Below, one piece after another: positions 27,620-37,662 of a DNA stretch of 64,000 nt. The position numbers and the translations under genes are program-made. Position 1 is the first letter of the stretch; the number at the start of each line of letters is the position of its first letter. The notes below the pieces were generated by a model, which was not told the origin of the DNA, made no database searches, and saw only the letters and a list, made by a program, of their open reading frames with translations. Origin of the DNA: Myxococcota bacterium (lineage in GTDB: Bacteria > Myxococcota_A > UBA796 > CAJQPC01); NCBI GenBank assembly GCA_036012755.1, contig DASCPX010000070.1, forward strand, positions 128,001 to 192,000, read 5' to 3'.

Positions 27620-29011
27620 GTGTCGGTGCTGTTGCTCGCCACCGTCGCCTGCCAGCGGACCGAGGGCACCCTCGGCATGCACTGGAGCGTCGATCCCAGC
27701 GAGGCGGTGACCGGCAAGTTCGTCGACGTCGAGCTCGAGGCGCCCGGCACGGTGGTGCTGACCTGCACCTCCCGCGACGATCCCCGAGATGTCCACGTCG
27801 TGCGCAGCGAGACCGCTCGAGAGAACCACTCGACCGGGGTCTTCGGCCTCTTGTCGTCCTCGACCTACGACTGCGTGCTCGAGGCGGATGCGGACGCGGG
27901 ACTCTGGGCTCGTGGCGAGTTCCGCACCTCCACCGGGCGCCTGCCGCGGGGCCTGGAGGAGGGCTTCGTAGAGGGAGATACCGCGGCGATGACAGGGGCT
28001 TGGACGCTGTTCAATCCCTTCGAGAATGGCAAGGCCACAGACGACCAGTGGCTGGTCGTGATCGATCCGGAAGGCGAGGTGCGCTGGTACACAGAGGTAG
28101 AGAACCAGCTCGGCAGTGTCGACGCCTCCGTCATCGACGGCGACATCCTCTATGGGGGTGGCTACGACGACCCGGGCAGCCCGCGCATCGTGACCTTGGG
28201 CCACGAGGTGCTCTACCGCGGGGACCAGCCCCTGACAGGCGGGACCTACCACCACGACGTGGAGATGACGCCCTCGGGACTCGTCGCCGGGCTCATCACG
28301 CGCGAGGGTGATGGCTACCTCGGCTTCGGGGTGGAGATCCGCGACCCGGACGACGACGGGGCGCTCGTCTGGGCCTGGGAGAGCGACGACTCGGTCTCCG
28401 ACGGCGACCTGCCCGCCCCCCGGGGCGACCTCTACCACGCCAACGCCCTGGAGATCGTGGAGGAGGACGGCGTTCCCCGCTGGGCCTACATCAACGTGCG
28501 CAACCTGGGGCGCTACATCCGCGTCGACATCGAAGAGAGCGTCATCGACTGGCAGATCACCTCGTCGGTGTGGAGCATGACGGGCGACTGGTGGTTCCTC
28601 TCCCACGAGCCGAAGCTGGAGGGTGACCGCCTGCTGGTCTACGACAACGGCGAGCGCCAGCCAAGCGCGCACTCGCGGATCGTCGAGTACGAACTCGACT
28701 TCGAGAACGAGACCGGCGAGCTCATCTGGGAGTGGACGGAGGATGCCTGGCGGGAGCCCGCCTGGGGTGGCGTCGACCGCCTGGAGGGCGGCAACGTCCT
28801 TGTGGCCATCGGACACTGCGAGGGTGCCAGCTGCGACGAGGTCCACCCCGAGAGCCGCTCGCGTATCCTGGAGGTCGACCCGGACACGGACGAGGTCGTC
28901 TGGGCCTACCGCTACACGGACGAGGACGTGGGGCTCTACCGGGCCGAGCGCATCGACGGCTGCGATCTCTTCGCCAACGCGCGCTTCTGTCCTCAACTGC
29001 TCGAGGACTGA
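27620..29011 (+). CDS. Aryl-sulfate sulfotransferase (ASST)-like lipoprotein
   Basis: HHDV, YHANAL, SHEP, YDNG, GGVDRLEGGNVL, YRAERI. Confidence 0.8.
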   Translation: MSVLLLATVACQRTEGTLGMHWSVDPSEAVTGKFVDVELEAPGTVVLTCTSRDDPRDVHVVRSETARENHSTGVFGLLSSSTYDCVLEADADAGLWARGEFRTSTGRLPRGLEEGFVEGDTAAMTGAWTLFNPFENGKATDDQWLVVIDPEGEVRWYTEVENQLGSVDASVIDGDILYGGGYDDPGSPRIVTLGHEVLYRGDQPLTGGTYHHDVEMTPSGLVAGLITREGDGYLGFGVEIRDPDDDGALVWAWESDDSVSDGDLPAPRGDLYHANALEIVEEDGVPRWAYINVRNLGRYIRVDIEESVIDWQITSSVWSMTGDWWFLSHEPKLEGDRLLVYDNGERQPSAHSRIVEYELDFENETGELIWEWTEDAWREPAWGGVDRLEGGNVLVAIGHCEGASCDEVHPESRSRILEVDPDTDEVVWAYRYTDEDVGLYRAERIDGCDLFANARFCPQLLED

Positions 29012-29049
29012 TCCGAGGGGTCATGGCGTAGGGGGCCCAATCCGATCGC

Positions 29050-30218
29050 GTGGGCGTGAACGTCACCTCCGCGTGGAAGATCTCTGCTGTCGCGGCGACG
29101 GGCTCGTCCTCGACGTCCACCAAGGCGAGGACGGCCAAGGCGAGCCGGCGCTCGGACCTGGTGCTCTTTCACCAGGGCACCTCGGCCCTGCGCAAGTCCC
29201 TGGCGAGAATACGCACCGATCTCGAGGGGATGCGGGGCTCGTCACGGACGTGGAGTACACGACCCTGACCTCCAGCGAGGAGCTGAACACCACGCCGACG
29301 TCCTACGACGGCATCTCGCCGAGCTTCTCCGGATCCTCGACCAGCAGCCCGACGGTCCTCGGCGAGTACGACGGACGCTATGGCGATGACACGCTCATCT
29401 TCAAGGTCCGGCGAAACCGGACGGTCGGCGGCAACAAGACCATCCGGATCAACGTCTACACCGCCTCCAACGGCAACAAGGTCGACACGCTGAAGTGGGC
29501 GGCCTGGGCCCCGGCAGGGACGACCGACACGGAGAAGAGCGGGCTGACGGTCTCGCTCAGCGCCGGCCAGGTGAAGAAGAATGACACCTTCACGGTGGAC
29601 GTCTTCTCCAGCGTCGGGACCGACGTCGACGAGCCCGAGCAGTTCGACGACCCGTCGTCCTGGGTCGAGAGCGCGATCAGCGACGGCTCCTTCGACGTCG
29701 ACGGCACCAGCATCGCCGTCTACGCCACCGACACGCTGCAGGACGTGGTGGACCGCATCAACTCGACGGTGAGCCACGTCTCGGTCTCCCTCGCCAACGA
29801 CCAGCTGATCTTCACTCGGGCCACGGCGGATTCCGAGGACATCGTGCTGGACAACGACGACAGCGGCGTCCTCGCCGCCATGAAGCTCGACTCGGCGGTG
29901 GCGGACCTCGGCTACGAGGGCACCGGGACCGACGAGTCACTGATCCAGGACATCGAGGACCTGGACTCGGTCAGCAATGGCACGCTGTCGATCAACGGCA
30001 CCGACATCTCCATCGACATCAGCACCATGAGCCTCGCCGACATGGTCGACGCTATCAACGACGATGTCCCGGGGGTGAAGGCCAGCCTGGATGTGGACGC
30101 AGGGGAGATCACCCTGCGCAGCCACGGCAACGTGCGGGACATCCAGATCGAGGACGACACCGGGCTCCTCTCCGCCTTCGGCATCGAGGACGGCACCACC
30201 CGCGGTGGCTACGGGTAG
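29050..30218 (+). pseudogene. Flagellar hook/cap (FliD, flagellin-IN-motif)-like gene, frameshifted near 29240 and apparently 3'-truncated
   Basis: Repeats DGSFDVDGTSIAV..TDTLQDVVDRIN and NGTLSINGTDISID..SLADMVDAIN; N-terminal 29050 ORF lies in another frame. Confidence 0.6.
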
Positions 30219-30220
30219 TG

Positions 30221-32041
30221 CTAGTGCTGCATCACGTCTTCGCCAACGAGATCCGTGAAGCTGTTGCCAGATTGAGTCAACGAGGCGGTCTCGCCCAATT
30301 CGATGCCGTGACCGGCGCTGTTGCGGAAGACCGAGTCCTCGACCGTCACCGCAGCGCTCCGGGCAAAGAGCAGCGACTCTGCACAACATCCCCAAGTAGG
30401 CGCATTGTAGCTGGCCCCACCGTACTCGAAGATGACCGACCGGAAGGTAGCCTCCGTGGTCGCTCCATAGATGCCGACGGCTTCCCAGTCGCCAGCCGCG
30501 GGGCTCTCTCTTGACGAGGTGAAGGTGATCGGGGCAACGCTCCCGTCGGCGATCAGGGCCCCCTGTTCCTCGGCGCCAATCTCCAAGGCTGTGTCCTCGC
30601 CCATCTTCAAGGTCACCCCTGCGGCAATGGTGAGCGTTGGCGCGGCGCTGCCCTTCACCTGGACCCTTCCGTCCAGGCGATAAGGGGCGCCGAGAGCAGA
30701 CCAGGTCGCATCCGATGAGACGATCCCGCCCGCGACGGCAACAACATCATCCGAGTCGAAGGTGTTGGGGCTCGAGAGCGTACCGATCGCCTCTGGCGTG
30801 CCGGCCACTGCCGCGCCAGAGAGCTCGGTGAAGACGTTGTCGTGAAAGGCAGTTGCCGACCCGTCCTCATGGAAACGCACCCCATCGACACCATTGCTGA
30901 AGCTGCTGTTCGTGATCGCGACGTCGCCGTCGCGCACCAGCAGCGATGTCTCCGCACAGCAGCCGGAGTTCGGAACATTGAAGCTCTGGCCGGCATACTC
31001 AACATGGACATACTCGAACGTTGCAGCGATCGCATCGAGATTGACCAGCAGGCCTTGCCAGTCGCCTGGGCCCTGCACGGCCTTCGCAGAGCTGAACAGG
31101 ATCGGCGCCTCCGCAGTACCCACCACCATCAGGCTTCCCTGCGCCTCGTCGCCTACAGAAAGATAGGCATCCTCGGCAAAGTACATCGAAACCCCGGGGG
31201 CAATCGTCAGCGTTGGGGCACTATCGTCCTGGACCTGCACGCTCTCGAGCACCTCGTAGGGGGCGCCGAGATTGTTCCAGGTCGCATCCGATGAGACGAT
31301 CCCGCCCGCGACGGCAACAACATCATCCGAGTCGAAGGTGTTGGGGCCGGTCAGCGTGCCGACCTGAGACGCTTCGATCTGCACCGGCCACTCGGAGTGC
31401 CCGGAGAAGCTGTTGTCACTGAAGGCAACTGCACTCCCCCCATTCTTGAACAGCACCCCACTCACGTTGTCTGCGAAGATTGTGTTGCGCAGGGTGACCG
31501 CTGAGTTGTTGACGAGCAGCGCTGCCTCGGTGCAGCAGCCGTAGTCCGGCACGTTGAAGCTGGCTCCACCGTACTCGATGATGGCGTGCTCTATGGTCGC
31601 TGAGTTCGCACCCGAATGGATGACGATCGCCTTCCAGTCACCAGCGGCTGGTACGGCGGCGCTGGAAGTGAAGAGAATTGGCTCGTCCGCGGTTCCCACA
31701 GCGCTCAGGCTCCCATGCTCATCTTCAGCACCGATCACCAGCGAGCCATCCTCCCCGAACTCAACCGTAACTCCAGGGGCGATGGTAAGGGTAGCTGCTG
31801 CACTGACATTGAACTCCGACATCACCTGGTATGGCGCGACCGTACAGTCCCAAAGGGTGTCCTGGGAGACCCCCTCCTCGACGAGAATCGACCCGCCCAG
31901 TTCGCATTGGTCGTCAACTGGATCGGAGCTTGCGCCACACCCGAGGAGGGCGAAACATGTGAGCACCGTGAGGCACGTCTCGAGTACAGGATACCGATAT
32001 GCAGGTGACTGATGCGAAGGAAAACAAATCTTGTGAACCAT
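30221..32041 (-). CDS. Lipoprotein with three right-handed beta-helix-like repeats, lower GC than its flanks (true start may be downstream of 32041)
   Basis: Repeated LTIAPGV...L.AVGTA.EPILFTS...GDW...IEYGG; lipobox-like ALLGC; visibly more A/T-rich. Confidence 0.8.
   Translation of the reverse strand: MVHKICFPSHQSPAYRYPVLETCLTVLTCFALLGCGASSDPVDDQCELGGSILVEEGVSQDTLWDCTVAPYQVMSEFNVSAAATLTIAPGVTVEFGEDGSLVIGAEDEHGSLSAVGTADEPILFTSSAAVPAAGDWKAIVIHSGANSATIEHAIIEYGGASFNVPDYGCCTEAALLVNNSAVTLRNTIFADNVSGVLFKNGGSAVAFSDNSFSGHSEWPVQIEASQVGTLTGPNTFDSDDVVAVAGGIVSSDATWNNLGAPYEVLESVQVQDDSAPTLTIAPGVSMYFAEDAYLSVGDEAQGSLMVVGTAEAPILFSSAKAVQGPGDWQGLLVNLDAIAATFEYVHVEYAGQSFNVPNSGCCAETSLLVRDGDVAITNSSFSNGVDGVRFHEDGSATAFHDNVFTELSGAAVAGTPEAIGTLSSPNTFDSDDVVAVAGGIVSSDATWSALGAPYRLDGRVQVKGSAAPTLTIAAGVTLKMGEDTALEIGAEEQGALIADGSVAPITFTSSRESPAAGDWEAVGIYGATTEATFRSVIFEYGGASYNAPTWGCCAESLLFARSAAVTVEDSVFRNSAGHGIELGETASLTQSGNSFTDLVGEDVMQH
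30701..31347. repeat. Exact 71-bp intragenic direct repeat (30701-30771 and 31277-31347)
   Basis: ccaggtcgcatccgatgagacgatcccgcccgcgacggcaacaacatcatccgagtcgaaggtgttggggc occurs twice, 576 bp apart. Confidence 0.9.
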
Positions 32042-32158
32042 TGAGACCTCGACGGCACTGCCATCCCGACTGGAACAAGCTCAAGCGCTCAATCATTAGA
32101 GCACAGGAAATTGCGTATAGGTCCGATAACAGGCGGGGATAAGAACGACAGACAGCCT

Positions 32159-32263
32159 TCAAGGTGTCAACGCGGGGACCCTCATGGGCTTGCCGCAGCG
32201 AGGGCAGGAGATTTTGTCTTCTCGAAAAACTCGCCAGAGGAGAGCTGCCCACGCCAGCCATGT
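32159..32263 (-). mobile_element. IS91-family-like transposase C-terminal remnant
   Basis: WAALLWRVFREDKISCPRCGKPMRV matches the WA.L..RVF..D...CP.CG..MR tail of IS91-type transposases. Confidence 0.6.
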
Positions 32264-33160
32264 GGGCTCGGGCCCAAGCGCGGGTTCCTTCGTGAGCCGG
32301 ATGCGGAGATGGTCTGGCGTGGTGTCTGCCGGGGGCTCGGGGCCGATCTCCTCCCAGGCCCAGGTCCAGGCGAAGCGGCGGACGGCGAAGGCGGTGCGCT
32401 CGTGGGTGTCGAGGAGTCCCTCCGCTTCTTCGAGCCTGCGCTCCAGCTGCTGGGCCCGCTCCAGGCGGGTGGGGCCACCGGCGAGCTCTCGCACGGTTGT
32501 TCCGCCACGAGCCCCGGGAGGAGGCGCAGACCGCTGCGATGCGGCGCTGGCTGCCCCCCAGGACGGCGACCAGTGGCTCCATCGGCCCGCCCTCTGCGGT
32601 CTCCAGGGTCCGCGCGGCCAGCTCCGCCCAGCCCGGCACGCCGTCGTCGTCGGGCATCATCAGGCGGTAGAAGAAGCTCTCGCGGAGACCCTCGATGGCT
32701 CGGTGAGCGGCTGACGATGGCACCCTGCGGGCCACGAGCACCGAGCGGAATGCTCGCTCGGCGTGCTCCAGGTAGAGGCCCTCGAAGACACGGCGCTGGT
32801 CCCAGGCGCCGCCCATCCAGCCGGCCCAGCAGGCGGCTGCGTCTCCGTCCTCCGGCCGATGCCACCAGGGGCCCTCCCAGGCCAGGCGTTCCCGCTCCTC
32901 GACCCGGTTGCCGAGGAAGTGAAGCCGCTCCAAGGCCCAGGCCAGGCGGTTCTCTGGGGTCCCGGGCAGCTCCCCGGTCACCCTCGCCTCCAGCTCCTGG
33001 CGGTGGATGTGGGGGCGAGCAGGCGCCTGGTCTTTGGGGGGGGGGCCTCGCCCAGGGCGCGCTGCCGGTTGGCTTCATGGCGCTCCAGGTAGATGGACCA
33101 ACAGATGGCTTCCTCCAGTGCCCTCGATGCAGCGGCGGACCTGTCCCCGATTCGTGTCAT
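32264..33160 (-). pseudogene. Hypothetical gene broken by two frameshifts (G10 tract 33036-33045 and near 32495)
   Basis: MTRIGDRS...GEAPPP joins KDQAPARPHIHRQELEARVTGELPG if the tract were 11 or 8 nt. Confidence 0.45.
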
Positions 33161-33319
33161 CGCAGGCGCAGCGCTGTGGCCGGAGTGAGCAGCAGATCGC
33201 TGGCGAAGACCTCGAGCTGTCCGGCGGGGTGGGTGAACTCCTGGCCGGCTCGTCTCAAGATCGCGGTCCCGCTGCCCGGGCGGGCTATTGTGCAGCGAAT
33301 CCACCGCCGCGAGACGCCC

Positions 33320-33808
33320 GTGACCGACGAACGCTCCTCCACGCTGTTCCGCCTCACCGTCGCCAACACCGTGCTCCTGGTGGTGCTGGTGGGCCTTGGC
33401 CTCGTGGAGGTCTTCGGCCCGGAGGATGAGAGCCCGGTGGCCACGTCCCAGAGCGTCGGGGACCCCGTGCCGACCGTGGGTGACCCTGTCCCGGGTGCCG
33501 CTACACCCAGTGTCGCCGAGCCCGGCGTCGCCGTCCCCCCGCCCAGGGCCCCCGTAGCGGTAAAGCTGATCGACCTCAGTGGTCAGCAGCAGGCGCTGGC
33601 CGACTGGTTCGGCGCTTCCATCGAGGAGCTCGAGAAGGGAGTCGAAGGAGGGCTGGAGGGTGTGGAGAGCCTGCCCAGCGAGGGGACCGTGGGCTCCTGC
33701 GTCCAGGCTGGCGATGTCACCTCGGCGCACTGCGCAGAGGCCATCGAGGCAATGCGGCAGACCTACGAGGACGCAGGCATGGACTTCGAGCCGCCCGTCG
33801 CGGGGTGA
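33320..33808 (+). CDS. Membrane-anchored hypothetical protein
   Basis: GTG 33320, TM helix TVLLVVLVGLGLV; GTGA-coupled to the next gene. Confidence 0.65.
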   Translation: MTDERSSTLFRLTVANTVLLVVLVGLGLVEVFGPEDESPVATSQSVGDPVPTVGDPVPGAATPSVAEPGVAVPPPRAPVAVKLIDLSGQQQALADWFGASIEELEKGVEGGLEGVESLPSEGTVGSCVQAGDVTSAHCAEAIEAMRQTYEDAGMDFEPPVAG

Positions 33809-35493
33809 GCAGACCGCGTCGGGCCCTCCTGCCACGCCTCGGTCCTGGAGCGGTGCGGTGGTGGGTCGCGGCGACCCTGCTGCTGAGCGCCTGGGTGATC
33901 CTGCTCCCGGCCAGCGCCAGGCCATGGGAGCTCCTGCCCGGCGACGGCACCTACCCCGATCTCCCCGGCACGGTGCAGTACTTCTGGGTGCTGCAGGAGC
34001 ACGGCTTCATCGGCCTGGCCCACGACCGGATGCTGATGTGGCCGGCGACCACGGATCTGCTGGCGCTCAACGGCTTCCCCCTGGACGCCCTCGCCTGCCA
34101 GCCCTTGTTGGCGGTCTTCGGCTGGCCGGCGGGCTTCACGATCTTCCAGGTCCTCAGCCTCTGGTGTGTCGGCCTCAGCATGGCCTGGCTCGCGGGACGA
34201 TGGTGGCGCTCCCCCATCGCTGCGCTCGGGGCAGGGGTGGCCTACCAGGTCTCGGGTCCGCTGGTGCGGGAGATGGCCTACGGGCGTCCGAGCCAGGTCT
34301 TCGCTGCGATCTTCGCCCCCTTGGCCCTCGGGCTCCTGGCTCGCGCCCTCGTGGAGCGCCGGGACAGGGACGCGCTGTTGGCCGGGGTGATGCTGGGACT
34401 CTCCGCGCTGGCCTACTGGTATGCAGGCTTCTTCTATGGGCTGGGTCTCGGCGTGTTGCTGGTGTTCGGCCTCATCGAGCGCAAGGCGCTGCTCCGGCCG
34501 AGCTTGCTCTGTGCTGCTGGTGCTCTCGCTGTCGTCGCTCTTCCGGCGGCCTACACCGTCGAGGCGATGGGCCACGTGGGGGGGGCGGACGCCAACCTCT
34601 GGACCCTGGTCCACCACTCCAGCGACCGGGTTCCGCTCGCGGCGGTCCTCGAGCAGAGAGACCTCTTCGGCGTGCTGCACGAGGGCATCGTGGGCTTGAC
34701 ACCCCTGTGCTTCGGGGCTGCCGCGTTCGCCCTCTGGAGGGCGCCCGCCCGGCGCTGGGCGGCGCCGCTGTGCTGGGTCCTGGTGGGGGTGGCCTTCGCC
34801 TGCGGGCCCTGGCTGAGGCTGTCCTCGGACACGCTGCTACCCGGTCCCTTCGCCCCGGTGCCGATGATTCCGATGCTGCGGCGGCTGTGGTGGCCCGACC
34901 GGGCGATGCTGCTGGCAGCTCCGGCCTGGGCGTTGTTGGCCGGAGGCGGGCTGGCTGCCCTGACGAAGCGCTGGCGGTCCGGCTGGGTGGCGCTCCCGGT
35001 CACTGGCCTGCTCTTGGTAGAGGCCTTCCTCGCCCTCCCCACGCTCCCCGGCCCGACTACAGATGGCACCCCCTCGGCACACGCCCTCGCCCTGTCCAGG
35101 GGAACCGGGCCGGCGCTGGTTCTGCCCCAGGGAGGAGCCGCCTCCGGCGCGAACCTGCACATGCTCCTGGACCAGGTCTTCCACGGTCGCCCCCTGGTCA
35201 ACGGGGCCATGCCTCCGAGCAGCAGCACTGCGCCGAAGGACTACGCGATCATCTCGTCGCTGCCCGCGGTGGAGTACCTCTACCAGTGCGTCGGGGATCC
35301 CGCGTTCCGGTCCTCTCTCCCAGAGTCCATGGAGACCCTGCGCCGCATCGGAATCCGGGACGTCTACCTGGACCCGGAGGAGCTGTCGGTCGGCTCTGCC
35401 GAGCGCGAGGAGTACGTTGCTTGCGTCGAGGCGCTCCTGGGGGCGCCCGCCGAGACCCACGCCTCCCTCAGGGTCTATTCCCTGGACCGGTGA
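33805..35493 (+). CDS. Polytopic membrane protein, GT-C glycosyltransferase-like
   Basis: About 10 TM helices, AYWYAG, RRLWWPDR, LDQVFHGRPLVNG. Confidence 0.65.
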   Translation: MSRPRRALLPRLGPGAVRWWVAATLLLSAWVILLPASARPWELLPGDGTYPDLPGTVQYFWVLQEHGFIGLAHDRMLMWPATTDLLALNGFPLDALACQPLLAVFGWPAGFTIFQVLSLWCVGLSMAWLAGRWWRSPIAALGAGVAYQVSGPLVREMAYGRPSQVFAAIFAPLALGLLARALVERRDRDALLAGVMLGLSALAYWYAGFFYGLGLGVLLVFGLIERKALLRPSLLCAAGALAVVALPAAYTVEAMGHVGGADANLWTLVHHSSDRVPLAAVLEQRDLFGVLHEGIVGLTPLCFGAAAFALWRAPARRWAAPLCWVLVGVAFACGPWLRLSSDTLLPGPFAPVPMIPMLRRLWWPDRAMLLAAPAWALLAGGGLAALTKRWRSGWVALPVTGLLLVEAFLALPTLPGPTTDGTPSAHALALSRGTGPALVLPQGGAASGANLHMLLDQVFHGRPLVNGAMPPSSSTAPKDYAIISSLPAVEYLYQCVGDPAFRSSLPESMETLRRIGIRDVYLDPEELSVGSAEREEYVACVEALLGAPAETHASLRVYSLDR

Positions 35494-37156
35494 TCTCCAG
35501 GTAGCGGTCCACCGGGTCCACCGGGCTTCGGGGCTCTGGAATCGAGTAGAGCTGGAGGTACTCGCCGCCGTCACGACTCGTGGCCGAGGGCGGCCCCAGG
35601 GAGACCTCCAGAGCCTCCAGGAGCGCCTCCCGATCCCCTCCCTGGAAGAGGTCCGGGCGCACCACCACCGCCCCGATTCCCAGCTCCGCGAGGATCTCCG
35701 CCACCTCGCTCCCGGTCTCTCCGACGAGCAGCTTCCCCATCAACCAGCCGCTCACCTCCCAGCGGGGGCCTGCGCGCCGCTGGGTGCCGAGGCAGAGGTT
35801 CAACAGCGAGCGTCCGTGCTCGGCCTGGTAGGAGCAGCTGAGGTTGTTGAGGTACATCTCCTCGTCCGTGAGGTCGGCGTTGAAGTCCGGAAGCAGCTCC
35901 AGCACGGCGCGGTCGGCTGGGGCGGCGGCGTAGGCCGAGGGCGTGGCCACCGGAATGCGAGCCGTGCGCTGCAGCGCCCCAGAGAACAGCAGCACGTCGG
36001 CCAGGGCGGTAGCCAGAACCAGGAAGACCACTCGCCCTCGGGATCTCGCGATGTGCGCGGCCGATGCCGCGGCGAGCACGCCCATGCCCAGGTGGGCGAG
36101 CTGCAGCAGGCGGGCCGGGAAGTGGAAGAAGGAGGCCTTCTCCAGCCAGGTGAGTGGGAGCAGGACCCAGGGCCAGCCGATGTCCCTCTCGAAGAGGTTC
36201 AGCTCTGGCCCCAGGGACAGCACGACCCCTCCAATCGCCAGCAGCAGGTAGGGTCGGAGCTCCGCGCGCCCTCGCAGCGCGGGCCAGGCGAAGAGGCAGA
36301 GGGCGATGACCGTGAAGCCCAGCATCGGCGCGATGGAGTGGTTCGCCAGGTCGATCCCGGGTGTCCAGCCCACCAGGGTCCCCAGCCGAGCCGAGCCCAC
36401 CGCCATGGTCTCGTCCGTGGCGAAGCTCCGCGCGCCGATGTCGAGGCGCTGTTCGCCGCCGGAGCTGGTGAACAGGTACAGGTAGGCCAGCCCCACCGGA
36501 AGGGCCACGGCTGCGGCTGCGAGCAGCGCTCGCCAACAGCGGCCTCGCCACAGCGAGGGCACCCAGGCGAGCAGGAGCAGGGTGGCGACGATGCCGGTGT
36601 AGGCGGAGGTGAGCAGGCACAGGGCCCACAGCACGCCAGCGAGCACGCCGTGCAGTGTCCGCCCGTCCGGACGGGTGGCCTCGGCCCACGCCCACGCCAG
36701 GAGCGGGATCCAGGGACACAGCATCGCGTAGACGTGCCCTTCCAACAGCGCCGTGAGCTGCAGACCGGAGAAGCCGAAGGACAGCCCGGCGATGATCGAC
36801 CACGGCCAGGGGATGCCGAGGTGGCGGGCCGCGAGGCGCTCGGCTGCCCAGGCAGAGAGCACCGGTCCTACGAGCGCGAGGGCCGCGGCCAGGGTCGTTC
36901 CCCTCGCCTGGCAGGCCTTCGCGACCAACACCAGCAGGAAGCTGTCGGCGTGGACCAGGCGCTGGCCGAGGGGCCAGGCGGACAGGGGGGTGAGCAGCGC
37001 GCCGTCCAGGGAGGGCACGGCGTGCACCAGCCACACGAGGCTGTAGAGGTCGAACTGCCGCGACACCATCAGCGTCCGACCCTCGACCGCGAGGGGCCAG
37101 GAGAAGGCGATGGTGACCAGGCAGAACAAGAGGAGGCTGGCGAGGCCTCGCTTCAC
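35468..37156 (-). CDS. Polytopic membrane protein, GT-C glycosyltransferase-like, related to the convergent gene
   Basis: GTG 37156 overlaps the upstream stop; FHFPAR, AVLELLP, YQAEHGRSLLN. Confidence 0.65.
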   Translation of the reverse strand: MKRGLASLLLFCLVTIAFSWPLAVEGRTLMVSRQFDLYSLVWLVHAVPSLDGALLTPLSAWPLGQRLVHADSFLLVLVAKACQARGTTLAAALALVGPVLSAWAAERLAARHLGIPWPWSIIAGLSFGFSGLQLTALLEGHVYAMLCPWIPLLAWAWAEATRPDGRTLHGVLAGVLWALCLLTSAYTGIVATLLLLAWVPSLWRGRCWRALLAAAAVALPVGLAYLYLFTSSGGEQRLDIGARSFATDETMAVGSARLGTLVGWTPGIDLANHSIAPMLGFTVIALCLFAWPALRGRAELRPYLLLAIGGVVLSLGPELNLFERDIGWPWVLLPLTWLEKASFFHFPARLLQLAHLGMGVLAAASAAHIARSRGRVVFLVLATALADVLLFSGALQRTARIPVATPSAYAAAPADRAVLELLPDFNADLTDEEMYLNNLSCSYQAEHGRSLLNLCLGTQRRAGPRWEVSGWLMGKLLVGETGSEVAEILAELGIGAVVVRPDLFQGGDREALLEALEVSLGPPSATSRDGGEYLQLYSIPEPRSPVDPVDRYLEITGPGNRP

Positions 37157-37662
37157 TTCCGACCCCGGCTCAGCGTACCCACGAAGACCAGCAGCAGGAG
37201 CCCCCAGCCGAAGGCCACCAACATCGGCAAGCCCTCGGCCATCGAGGCCGCGCCCCCGGGGCGAGCCACCGCCACCCGGCGGGCAGTGAAGGGGTCTTCT
37301 TCGGCCAGCTGGACCACCTGCCAGCCGATCGTGCTGGAGCGGACGTCCTCTGTCCGGACGAGCCCCGAGAAGAGCACCTCCTCTCCCCCTTCGAGGGGGA
37401 TCCCCACCAGCGTCACCTCTACGTAGCGGCTCCAAGCGTCCTCGTCGCTGGCGACGTAGGTGCCGTCGTAGGGCCGATCGAGGTTGTGGCTGCCGTCATC
37501 CGTGAGGGTCAGCTGGCGGTGGTCGCCGAGGCGGTCCAGCTCGATGACGAAGCTCGTGTAGACCGAGTGTGGTGGTACGGCCACCTCGAAGACCAGGCGG
37601 TGCTTCTCGGGCGGCTCCATGGCCGGGGCGGCGCCGCAGAGGAGGGCGAGGAGCGGTCCCAC
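37153..37662 (-). CDS. Exported protein with choice-of-anchor-X-like motif and C-terminal TM helix
   Basis: LTDDGSHNLDRPYDGTY. Confidence 0.6.
   Translation of the reverse strand: MGPLLALLCGAAPAMEPPEKHRLVFEVAVPPHSVYTSFVIELDRLGDHRQLTLTDDGSHNLDRPYDGTYVASDEDAWSRYVEVTLVGIPLEGGEEVLFSGLVRTEDVRSSTIGWQVVQLAEEDPFTARRVAVARPGGAASMAEGLPMLVAFGWGLLLLVFVGTLSRGRK

Noticed and set aside
25394..28996. Very long antisense or alternate-frame ORFs (1200 aa here; also 6665-9637 and 53299-56379)
   Set aside because: Shadow frames of real genes in high-GC DNA, with no motifs; only the last 167 aa of 53299-56379 (TlpA) is real
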